In this document: piece after piece, positions 42,556 through 55,690 of the stretch
How the letters are laid out: each line of letters starts with the position of its first letter
How positions within the stretch are numbered: the first letter of the stretch is position 1
Assembly: GCF_009914755.1 (NCBI RefSeq)
Contig: NC_060929.1
Strand: one strand, 5' to 3'
Source: the human T2T-CHM13v2.0 reference genome, Homo sapiens
Length of the DNA stretch: 64,000 nt
Translations under genes and position numbers: made by a program
Notes under the pieces: generated by a model
The model's database searches: none
What the model was told of the DNA's origin: nothing
The model's input: the letters and a program-made list of their open reading frames with translations, nothing else

Positions 42556-44839
42556 CCTCTTTGTGGTTTTTTAAATCCGTTTTCATATATGCAACATATT
42601 ATGAATAGCTTTCCATGTGGCTGAATGTCATCTCAAAGCAGCTTTGAAACGGCTGCAGAGTGCTCCATGGTATGCAGGTACTAGAATTTATTTCAGTAAT
42701 TCCCTATGGTTTAGATTGGTTCGAAATTTCATTATTATAACCCAGAAATGAGCATTCTTTTAGCTGACCCACTGCACACAGCCATGATTACTTCTTTAGG
42801 ATAAATTGCCAGATGTCAGTTTGCTAGCTCAAGGATAGGAACTTCTGTAATTTTGCTACATCCCACTCCACTGTTCTCCACACAGTTTTCATTTTGGCTT
42901 CTGCCAGTTGGCCATGAGGGTATGTGTTGTCATTTTGTGACATTTCCTCGTGTCACAGCTGCCTTAGTGTCCTCTTAACCTGTTTTCCATGAAATGATGG
43001 ATGGCAGGCCATGCAATTGGCTCCATTACCCACCTGAGAGAAGCCCCAGAGAAACCTCAATAAATCTGGCTCATACCAGGGGTGGCCAGTGTGAATATCA
43101 GTAGGACAGAACAATAAATGAAGAAATCCCATGCTGATCCTATTATACACAGCACAGAGATTAATAGACTCTGGGATCACACAGACCTTGGTTTGAATAC
43201 TGACCTTGACTTGGGCAAGATCTTGCTGAACCTCAGTTTTCTCAGCTGTGAAATGGAATCATACTGTCCCATCCTGATGAGGTTTAAATTGAATCGGGTG
43301 TCAAAAACTTATAGCATAGAGCAGGTACCCAGTGGGCCCTTGGGACACATTAGCCAGAATTGTTACTAAATAGGCACAATAATTTGAGCCAATATAACAA
43401 ACCTTTTGTTTAGTTGGGGTCCTTAAGAGACCTGTTAAACTGCTAAGAATGATTTCTAGCCAGTGTAACAATTGTGCCCAGGGGAAGAGATCCCCATATG
43501 AGTTAATTTCCTTAAATGTTTGCTATATTCTATGTTTCATAATTCAGTGTTTCTTAACATTCCCTGTGAAATTTTATTTGGTGTAACAGGGCTTATTTTC
43601 ACAGAGCTTGTCCTACCAAGCCTTCTCTACGGCAAGGGAAAGGCAAACCCAGGCTTAGCCACCAGGGCAGAGGTTCCCTGGCTGGTGAGCTTAGGGAAAA
43701 CACAAATCCTGGGGCTTCACTGAGTCCCCCTGGCTCAGATCTCCAGGCCACCCTGGGGATCCCAGGTGTCTGCACCATTAACAAACTCCTCAGGTAATTC
43801 TTAAGCTGGCTGGGCCTAAAACTGCAAACTGGTATTGGGCATGCCAGAAGGTAACCATAAATGGGCTATTTGGAGATTTCTAGGAAGAAGAATGACATTT
43901 TGTTTCATTCCATTCCATTTCATTTCATTCCATTAATACTAAAAATATTAACCAAAGCATCATTTCTACTATATATCCAGAAGAGAACATGGTCTTAGGT
44001 CTTTTAATAAGATGAACTTCAGTTGCAAACTTTCTGCTGTGACGTTATATTTCTCTTTCCACCCTAGACCAGCCCCTAATGGGGCCATGAAGTCAGATTT
44101 TTGGTTCATGGTGTTGTCGGGGCAGCATAGCCCAGAATTCCACTTCCTTCCCTGAGGACACATTTATTCTGGTAGATGTGCTGTTTTCCATTTAAATGTC
44201 CTTTGGCAATAAAAGAGCTGGCTCCAACAGCAGACCACGGGGCTGGCTTTGTCGGCAGACACCACGTGTTCATGACTGGCAGCTTTGTCTGGAAGAGGGA
44301 GCTTTTAAAATGCAGTTCTATGCTGACTCTTTGGAGTCTTCCCAGGAAGATAACTGCTATTGCATTGCATGCTTAAGTTAGAGCACCTATTTTTCCCTCT
44401 CCTTCAAGGTTTCTGTATATCTTCTCAGTTCATGAAATTAATTATTTGGGTACAATAATTGTACAAAGGCACTTTATCAGACACTTCGTATAAATTATTT
44501 CTCATTCTCAAGGCAACTTGGAAAGGTCAGTCTAGGGGTCAGCTGCTACTTTTGGTGATCAGGCATCACCCCCTCCTTCCTCTTAGTACGTTATGACAGT
44601 GGCAAGTGAGCATTACCTGTGGACCCCAAAGGAGTTCATTTCCTTAGAGCCAGCCATTCCTCAGTTAATCTGGTCTGTCAGACACTCTGTCCCAGGACAC
44701 TGAGCCTTGAGCATGTGAAGGTGTGGGCTCTGCTGGGGGCTTGGCAGCCAGCACCTGTCTGTGTATCACCTGGCTCCTGCAGCGAGAACCTGCGGTGTGA
44801 TTTCTGCAGCCTGGCCCTCTGAGATTCCATGGCTGCTGA

Positions 44840-45238
<399 letters not shown>

Positions 45239-46732
45239 CCATTTGTTATTTAAGGGAGAGTCCGTTTCTGCTGTTTGTAACTAAGGACCTGTCTGATCTC
45301 TAGGAATTATTGACCCCAGTTTGCAGATAAAGAAGTTAAGCTTGAGGTTAGAGCTTTTGAGCAAAAACTCCTCTCCTAGAGAACTCAAGTATCCAGGAAT
45401 ACTCGGTCAAGGCTGGGCTGGACCAGGTCTGTAATCCTGATATTCAGAAAAGGGATGATTTTTCCTCTTTGGTTTGGTTTTCTCACTGAGGCCTGCACAC
45501 CAGTTTATTTCCTGACTTGTGCATTCAACATGGGCAAATCCAGGTCAACAAAGACTGGCAGCTTATTCCTGAGTACAGTTCCACCAGGTATGGCACACAA
45601 AGTGATATGAGTTAGAACACAGATGGATATAGATGTTTTACAAATGTAAGTTTGCATAACACACACACACACATTGCTATGTGTTGGAAAAATACAATAA
45701 GCTCATCTAATTTATTATTTCATGTGTCTTATTGCTCAGAAAGAGGAAAAGATTTTATTGAAGTTGAGAAAAGAAATTGAATTAAAATAATATACTAAAT
45801 AAACAAAAGTAACTGTGGCTCATCTTAGTTGGGCCAAAACCAGGATGGTGATGAATGGAGGTCTGAAATGGGAGAGTCCCCGCAGAGTAGGAAGAACCCT
45901 GAGGATAGTCTCAGCAGATTATGGCTCCAGATGTGTCAATGTAAAGGACGCATCTTCTTGGTACCATCTCTTTGGTTGAGATGAATCATCTTTAGGCTTT
46001 CACTTGCTATTGGTTGTCCATCCTTTATCTGCAAATATGAGTGAAACCAAGCCTGGGCGAGGGAGATAGGCTCTTTGCCCAGTGTCTAACGGGCAAGTGA
46101 TGGGGGCAAGCTGAGTTTTTTCTGATTATTGAGAGGGAAGTCCTGGGAAGCCCACAATATATAAAATCAAGAGTTATGGTGAATGTTAACCCAAAGGCAT
46201 AGGCAAGAGTGTGTTTCCAGGTGAAGCATTCCCTCCAGGAGTTGGAGAGGTTCAGATCAGAGTCACCTTTCTGTCTGTTCACTGTTTGCTTCCAGCGTTC
46301 AATAAGGTGGGAAAACTCCTTATTGCCCACCTACCGGGTGCCAGACACTGCTCCGAACTGGCACTGCAGGGTGGACAAGTGCCTAGTGTCTGTCCTCCAA
46401 AGCAAGAGAGATGGGTAATCTGTCCCATTTAGTTCTCTGGTGTGGATGCAATGGTACTGGTTAGCATATGAGCCAAAAGAGCAGGGGATGATCCTGACCT
46501 TACTGTGTGTGCAGAGTAAATGGGTTTGCAGAAGTAATGGTGGGGCGTGCGGGGGTTAGGGAGGCCTTACTTAAGCCAAGCAGGGATTTGCAAGCCTTCC
46601 CCATTTACTAGCTATTTGTTCTTTGGAGAAATTACATAATTTAACCATGCTTTTGTCTCCTTATCTGTAAATGGGAATAATAAGATCTTCATAGACTAAA
46701 TTAGATAACCTATTACAAAGGAAAGGGCTCAA

Positions 46733-47195
46733 TAATATCCCATTGAATGTATATACCATGCTTTCTTTATTCATCCATCAGTGGACATTTAGGTTGCTTC
46801 CACCTCTTGGCTGTTGTGAATAATGACACGGGAGTGCAGGTTATTCAGCCTTAAAAAAGAAAGAAATCCAGTCGTGGGCGACAACATGGATGAACCTTGA
46901 GGATATTATGCTAAGGAAATAAGCCAGTCACAGGACAAATACTGCATGATTCCATATATAGGAGGTACTTGCAGTAGTCAAGCTCATACAAGCAGAAAGC
47001 AGAATGGTGGTTGCCAGGAGCTGGGGAGGGAGAAAGGGGAGTTACTGTTCAATGGGTTCAGAGTTTCAGTTACACAGGATGAAAAAGTTCCACAGATCTG
47101 CTAGACAACGAAGTCCCTACAGCCAACAACACTGTCCCGTACGGTCAAAAATTTGTTAAGAAGTAGATCGTATGCTATGACCTTTTCACAATAAA
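46733..47195 (+). mobile_element. L1MB-like 3' end with inverted 5' segment
   Basis: 46733-46840 is antisense L1 (ggacatttaggttgcttccac); 46841-47195 is sense 3'UTR (caacatggatgaaccttgag..gaatggtggttgccagg..aataaa). Confidence 0.75.
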
Positions 47196-48726
47196 GAAGA
47201 GAAAGAGCTTGAGCAGGCATGAATAGGTATACTTGTAGTAAATGTATAAAAACATAGGAGGAGGGCTGCCTTCCAATTTTTGGCAAGCATTCTTCTTCCA
47301 GAAGGGGAAGGAGAGTAATGGAATTGGGAAGGGAAAGACTCTGATGCATCTATAAATTTTATTTCTTAAAACAAAAGGGATCTGAAGCAAATGGCAAAAT
47401 GTTGCCTTTGTTGAATCAGAATAAGGTATACATTGGGATTTACCACCTTTATTATGTTTGAAATATTTAATAATAACAATCAAGAATAAGACAGTGCTCA
47501 GCAAAGCAGCTTGGCATAGAGAAGGGTTCAAAATGTGGCGACTGAATAATGCAAACTAAAACACAGAGCCTGTGAAGAAGTCCAGAGCTAGAGAGAAAGT
47601 GCAGGCTTCTAGGAAAGCTCAGGCATCCGTGAGGCTGGAGTGGGTATGTGGGATCACAAACTGAGGTTGCGGAAGAAAGCCAGGGCCAGATCACAAATAG
47701 CTCCCATAAGCTGAGGCGCACCCTGCTAAGGCTAGCTTTAAGCCTGAAGCCTCACACCGTTGGTCTAGCATGGAATAAAATGAAGTCTCAGCTCCAAAGC
47801 CCATGTTACCATCAGGGGAGTCAAACGTGGCTCCAAGTCCACACAGCCCTATCACCTGGGAGGCTCCCTACAAGAAAGGCTCTGCCAGATGCCAGTGAGT
47901 CTGTGTTCCCTCTCTCTCTCTGTCTTCCTGCACATCACCTAGGAATGGCCAAGACTGGCCCTCCTTGGATAAGGAAGTAGAAAGCAATTGCTTTGATTAA
48001 ATGAGCGAGGACACATAACAAGATTTTGTTACGTGTGTAATTTGAAGGCTTGAAGAAAAAAGCTGCCTTGCTTTGCATAGGGATTACTGGGGAAGCAAGA
48101 AGGTCTGTGGTTCTGCATGTGAGGTGGTAGATTCCAGAACCAGTGCCATCCCAAAGCCTCTGGGTCAGCTATGAAGCAGCTGGGTCTGCGAACTCAAACA
48201 ACGGTCACTCAGGACTCTAACAGTTTCCCAAAACACAACCGAGAAGGGTCACAATCCTGTCAGTTGAAGCAGAGGTTGGCGCCCAGCACTGCCTCTCAGG
48301 TTGGAGCCTCAGGGACAGCTTTGAAGCACTGTCAGCACTCCACCCACTTGAACCTGCCCTTCTCTGAGAGGTGGCAACCTCCGTGCTCCTGCCACAACCT
48401 TCTGTTTCCTGCTCCTGCTGTGCTCCACAATCACAACTGAGATGGGGGCTTGGGGCCCTGTGGCTGTGGTCCACTAGACTTCCAGTTCTCTGCAGCCTTA
48501 CCCTCAAGAGGGGACAGGAAAATGCCTTGTCCCTAAGGTCTGTGGTCATTTTGATTGGAAGTTTCCTCCACCAAGAGAGAAGATTTTGAAAGAGCTTTTT
48601 GGGAAAAGGCCTGAGTTAGTAGATCTGTTAACAATTTCCCCCTGAATAACACAGGGAGTGGGTGTCTCTTCTCCTGAAGATAACTCCAGATCCTGACACC
48701 TGTGACTGTTACATATGTTGGGGATT

Positions 48727-49192
48727 GTATTCACATTGTAAGCTGCCATAATAAATTGTCACAAATTTAAGTTGTAGCTTAGAACAACTGCTCCACTCTC
48801 ACATTTTTGGAGACTAGAAGCCTGAAATCAAGGTGTTGATCATGGCGGATCACACTTTCTCTGCAGGCTCTAGGGAAGAACCCTCCCTTGCCTGCTCCTA
48901 GCTTCTAGGGATTACCTTCAATCTCAGGCATTCCTTGGCTGGCAGGTGCACGACTCCAGTCTCTTCCTCTGTCTTCAAATGACCTCCTTCCCTGCATGTC
49001 TCTGTGACTCTGTATCTTAAAATCACCTTCTCCATATAGGCACACCAGCCATTGGAGTAAGGGCCCAGCCTAATCCAATATAACTTCAACTTAACTTGAT
49101 TATATCTACAAAGACTCCATTTCCCAATAAGGATACATTCACAGGTGCTGGTGGGGGCATGAATTTTTGGAGGACACCATTTAACCCACTAT
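48727..49192 (-). mobile_element. MaLR LTR (MLT1B/C-like)
   Basis: gaaatcaaggtg..ggctctaggg..ctagcttct..catgaatttt..acaccatttaacccactata. Confidence 0.8.
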
Positions 49193-50887
49193 AGGGACTT
49201 CTGGCTATTGGACACGGCAAGCCAAGGACAGCTTTCATGCAGCTGCTCACATCCCCTAGCTTTATTGAAAAAGGACCAACTCTACTGGTCTTCCCTTCAA
49301 GACACTTATAAACTTTATGGGGCCCCTGAGCATATCATGGATAGGGGAACTCTGAAAACTGTTGCAGAGAACAGACTTAAACTCTACTCTGTCCTGTGGG
49401 ATTAGAAGATGTTGAGGAGCAGGGTATGACTAGTGCATTTGTTTCCTGGAGACAGATTGGAGCACATTACTATACCTAAAACTGAGCAGCGGAACTCGCT
49501 TTAATTATAAAAATTGATTCATCCTCCACTTCTTCCTGAGTATGTGACTACACAGCAAGTGATGACATGTCCAGTCTTATATGAGGGTAGGAAGAGCTTT
49601 GTGATGATGATCCAAAGTTGAACAGGACGCAGTTTCTGACCTCAAGGATTTAAAGTATAGTGAAGTGAAGGAAAGTAGTCAGTCCAAGTGTTCACCAGTG
49701 GAATCTGAGCAGGATGTGAAGTTTCAATGTCACTTGGTTAAAGGGAATTCCTTGCCTTAGACTTAGCCAACTTAGGAATACAGGGTAACTTTCTTACCCT
49801 GATTAAGAGTAACCAGACAAAAAATGCATACCTGACCCTTCACACTTAATGGTGAAAGAGTAAATGCCTTCCACCAGAGATTGGGACTAAGGGAAAGATG
49901 CCTGGTTTTACCATTCCTATTCAGCATCATACTGGGAAGTCCTCACCAGTGCAATAAGGTAAGAAAAAGAAGAGACATCCAGATTTAAAAGGAAGAATAA
50001 AAGAGTTCTTGTTCATTGACAATGTAATGGTCTACATACAGAATCCCAAGGAATTCATTTTTTGGAAAGTCCTAGAAATAATAAGTGAATATAGCAACAT
50101 CAATGCATATAAGGTCAACATACAAAAATAAATTGTGTTTCAACTTAGGCATGAACAGTTGTAAACTGGTATTAAAAATAAAAATACCATTTCAAAAAGC
50201 TTCCAAGAAATGAAATGCTTAGGGAAAAATCTAACAAAACGTGTAGGATCTATATGCTGAAAACTACAAAACATTGATGAAAGATCCCCCAGAAGACCTA
50301 AGTAAATTGAGAGACATACTGTATAGACAAGCTGATTCTAAAGGTTTGCTTTTGCAAAGGACTTAGAGTAGCCAAAACAATTTTGGGGGAAACAAAGGGT
50401 AAACTTGAAAAAAAAATCATACTGCCTGATTTTAATATTTTTTACAAAGCTATAGTAATCAAGAGAATGTGATGTTGGTGACAAATCAGACACATAGATT
50501 AGGTTAACAAAGTAAAGAGTCTAGAAATAGATCCACATAAATATGGTCCATTGATATTTAATGAATGTGTAAAGGCAAATCATTGAAGAAGGGTAGTTGG
50601 TCAAAAATGTGGTCGAACAATTGGTTCAAATGTTTGGTTCATTGAACTAAGTATAAAAGTAGAACTATAAAACTTTTAGAAGAAAACATAAGAAAACTAT
50701 TTTAGGCAAGAAGTTCTTAGACATGATACTAAACACACTATCCATAAAAGAAAAAAATGATAAACTAGACTTCACCAACATTTTTTTTTAAAATCTGCTG
50801 TATGAATACACTTGTAAGAGAACAAAGATACAAGCTACAAATTGAGAGAAAATATCTGCAAATCACATATCTGACAATATACCCAGG

Positions 50888-52935
50888 CAATACTGATTAT
50901 GATCCTAAAAGATACTATTCTGAATGCCATAATCACAAATGTTGAAATTCCAAAAGTTCAAAATCCCTAAATTCAAAACTCCTTAATGTCTAAAAAAATC
51001 CCCATAATCAAAATCCCAAAGGATTAAAATTCCAAATGTTGAAAGCCTGAAATCCAAATTCTGGGGACGAAGTTGGTGCATTTTCAGTTGTATGCCACCT
51101 AATGTTAGTTGTGTCATGTTAGGCAGAACTATTACCTTATTATTATCTTTATTTGGAAATTAAGTATGGTTTAAGGAGATGCATATGGGTGCCAAGTTGA
51201 TAAGGGATGGACTTGCAGACTTAATTTTAAGCGTCAGTTTGACTGGATTAAGGAATACCTGGAAACCAGGTAAAGCATTATTTTAAGTGTGTCTGTCAGG
51301 GTGTTTCCAGAGGAGACCAATAGTATGTGAGTTTCAGTGAACTAGGTGGGAAGGATCTGCTCTCAGTGTTGGTGGGCACCATCCCATAGGCCAGGGACCT
51401 GAAGAGAACACATACAGAAGGTGAATTGGTCTCTCCCTGAGAGCTGGGACAGATTTTTCTTCTACTGCCTTGGACATCAGAACTCCAGGATCACTGGCCT
51501 TTGGACTCCAGGACTTACCTCAGCAGCTACCTGGGTCCTGAAGCTTTGGGCTTCTGACTATGAGTTACATCATCAGCCTCCCTGGTGTTGAGGCCTTCAG
51601 ACTTGGAGTGAGCCATGCTACAGGTATCCCAGAGTTCAGCTTGCAGACAGCCTGCATTGGGACTTCTCAGCCACCATAATCATGTGAGCCAGTTCCCCTA
51701 ATAAATCTCCTCTTATATACCTATATACATGTCCTTTTGGTTCCATCTTTCCAAAAAAACCCTTACTAATGTGGATTTAGTATTGGGGAACCCAAATATC
51801 ATTCCTTCTTACTGTATTCGTTAAAACACAGCAGAAGAGTTCTGTGAAATTATTTCTCACAAAAAGGTTGTGATAAGTTAAGTATACGAGGCTGTTTAAT
51901 GGTGAAAGATAAAAGTTTAAAAGCTAATTATTATTAGTGCTGCAAAAGCAGAAAATTCCTTAATTGCAACAACCAAGCAATAACCAGACTTTTAAATGGA
52001 TGTCGTGTACTTAGAAAATTTGTAGACCATAGCCACTCTCCAAATACAAGTGCAGCAAGTGTTTCGAAGATTATACAACTGAAAATGCAGGCCAAGAATA
52101 CAAGAAAACTCCCCTGTCAAATTATTCAGTCATATATGGTTTCTGCTCCTTCACACAGAGCACCAGTCCCCTATGCTATGTATTTTATCATTGCATTATT
52201 TTCAACACTGGAGGTATAAATTACGTATAGACTTTTAGAAAATTCTAATTCACTGTATGCATTTTTTTGAAAATTTGACTTCCTGAAAGTGCCTTATTGC
52301 AATTTTGACTTTGTGCGTAACCAGAGAGTGTGCATGTAAAAAATCAAAACTCCCTCAACCAAGGAAGAGCTATCCTTTTGTACATTTGCATTTGTGAGAG
52401 ATAAAATGTCTCCAGATCTCAGCTCTTTGGGCAGCTACATGCCATGGTAATCCATTGCAGTTTTTGATCCATCTTATTAAGACTTAGGTATTTCAGATGA
52501 CTGCAGTTATGAAGTGAGGTGCGCACAACACCAAGATTAGTGATATGTGTATATACATTTCACTTTTTGACCTATTTATTTATGAATATGGTTCATCTGC
52601 TCAGAGCTCTTATACCCATGTGACTGCCATTAGTATACCTGAGTGTTTATGTTTACAAAAATATGAATGTTATTATTGCCTATTTTGTTGTGTAAAGTGG
52701 CCTGTGAGGTGCTCTGTCATGTTTTATATGTTTTTAATAAAGAAACATATTTTCAAATGTAAATAATCTCTAAACTTTTCAAAATTATTTTTCCCAGAAT
52801 TATATTTTCAGGATTTACATTTTTAGGATTGTTAATTTCAGGATTTTAGACTTTAGGGATTCTTATCTTTGGAGATTTCAACATTTGAGATTATGGCATT
52901 CGGGATTGTGTCTTTCAAGATAATGGCCCAGATTC
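50888..52935 (+). mobile_element. Ricksha-type Mutator-like (MULE) DNA transposon carrying an ERVL/MLT2 LTR
   Basis: Long imperfect TIRs (gaatgccataat.caaatgttgaaat / atttcaacatttgagattatggcattc); 9-bp TSD ATACCCAGG (50879-87) / ATAACCAGG (52936-44). Confidence 0.88.
51214..51773 (+). mobile_element. MLT2-type ERVL LTR preceded by polypurine tract and ERVL 3' internal fragment
   Basis: PPT AAGGGATGGA at 51202-51211; tgactggattaagga..gggtgtttccagaggag..tgtgagcca..aataaatctc. Confidence 0.85.
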
Positions 52936-55029
52936 ATAACCAGGATATATAAATAAGCTCAAAATGCCACAGTAAGAAAACAAAGACCCAAGTTAAAAAT
53001 GGATAAAAAGACTTGACCAAACACTTCATCAAAGAGAACCTACAGACATCACATAAGCATATGAAGAGATGTTTGATATTATTAGCCTTTAGGGAAGTGG
53101 AAATTAAAACCATGATGAAATGCTGCTACATACCCTAAGTACATTAAAAATACTGACAAAACCATGTGCTAGTGAGGATTGGAAGCAACTGGAACTCTTA
53201 CATATTGCTGGTGAAAATGCACATGGTACACCACTCTGGAAAACAGCTTTGTAGTTTCTCATAAAGTTAAGCATTCACTTATCATGTGAACCAGCATTCT
53301 CATTTTTAGGTAGCTATCCTTGAGAAATGAAAACGTATGTCCACACAAAAACCAGTGTGTGAATGTTTATAGCAGTTCTACTCACAATCACCAAAAACTG
53401 TAAATAATCCAAATGTCTTTCTGTTGGTAAATGGATAAATGGTAGCACATCTTTACCATGGAATGCTACTCTGCAATAAAAGAGTGAACAATTGATACAC
53501 TCAACACCTGGGGTGAATCTCGAAGGTATTATACTGGGTGAACAGAGCCAGTTTTAAAGGGGTACATTTATAAGACATTCTTAAAAAAGACAAAACTAGA
53601 GTGATGGAGAGCAGAACAGTGATCGCCAAGGGCTAGGGGTTGGGGAGAGCACAGCTGCCAAGGATTAGCACAAGGGAGATTTTTGGGGTGACAGAACCTG
53701 TTCTGTATCCCAATTGTGGTGGTAGTTACACAAATCTAGACATTAAAATTCATAGACCTGTACACACAAAAAAGTCAACGTTACTATATGTTAGTTTAGT
53801 AAACAACATTTTTTAAGTCCTGAAGTAATACTACAGTGATGGTGGTCAGCCATCACTACCAGTACCTCTGAATTGAGGACAGATGACTACATGGTACAAG
53901 CAAGAGGTTAGATGATTCTTTAAAAACATCTGGAACTTACATTTATCCATCCATCAAGGCATCCACCCAACCAGCCAGTCATTATGGGTTGTTCTAACCA
54001 GCACACAACCAATTCTTGTGGAGAAGGCAATATGATGGAGGAGGAAGGTATAAGGAAAGACAAAATACATGAAAAAAGTTAAGTGTGATGAGCATCAACA
54101 AAGAAATACATTGTTGACTGGAAAACAGAAAAGTTTCTAAAGTGGTTTCCACTTAGGCAAGAATTTACCAGACTCATATCACGTTTAACAGCCTTCAGTT
54201 ATTTTACTCACTGGGCTATTCCCATGCAGCTATTTGCACTCTGGCACAAAATATCTAATTTGGCATATTTGCAAAATGTATAACACTATAGCTATTTTAT
54301 ATATATATATATATATATAGTATAAAATGCAGCAATGTTGTATCTACAACCCTGAATTTACTTTATATGAAGTACTAGAAAGTCTAATATATTCCAATGT
54401 ATTGGGAAGTGAAGAATTTCAGTTTCAGGGTGTGAATGAAGTGTCCCTCTGGATGGGGATAATTAGCAAAAAAGGAAACTAGGAACCGAGAATGGAAATG
54501 GAAGGTCAGCAGAAGAAAAGGAGGAATGGAGGTTTATTACTTTTTAATTATTGCATTAAAGCCCTGGAAGACATGGAAGAACAGGAGAGAGAGGATGGCC
54601 TTCAGGCAGCGAGTGTGTGGGGCACCACCCAGAGTGTTGAACAAGATGTCAACATGGCAAAGCTGAGACCACTAACCTTGGGGACTGGAAAGGGGCCTTG
54701 AGAAATGTCTACCAGTTTCCAAATAATAGAACAAATACCCCAGGTTTGGTATCTTTTTCACAATCTAGGACTTTTTGTGGGTGATTCTGACTCCAGTGGA
54801 GGCCCAGGAGGCAGAACCCAGAAATTGTGTACAACCTAAAAAGAATTGACATTTGGTTTGAGGACCAGATGAGGCGCAGAAACAAAGTGCCTTAGCATAT
54901 GTGTTGCCTGCAACAAAATAATATAAATCTGCAAACTTATTTTTAAACGTCTAAAAAAGTAAGATGAATTGATGGATGGGTAAAGGAATAGCTAATTGAT
55001 GGATAGATACGTGATAAAAAAAAATACAA

Positions 55030-55690
<661 letters not shown>

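Larger units (their letters stand above)
49820..53810 (+). mobile_element. Old L1 (L1MC/ME-like) ORF2-3'UTR remnant split by a Ricksha element
   Basis: Degenerate ORF2 motifs (aatggtgaaag, gaaaactacaaaacattg, tctgcaaatcacatatctgac) resume after 52935 and run into the 3'UTR. Confidence 0.8.

Noticed and set aside
43902-43935. Short (CATTC/CATTT)n run resembling satellite III or an ISRE
   Set aside because: Only about six pentamers and the GAAA spacing does not fit a canonical ISRE; likely a chance simple repeat
49820-53810. Potentially active L1 or transposase gene
   Set aside because: Heavily degenerate with many stops and indels; no long ORF in the track
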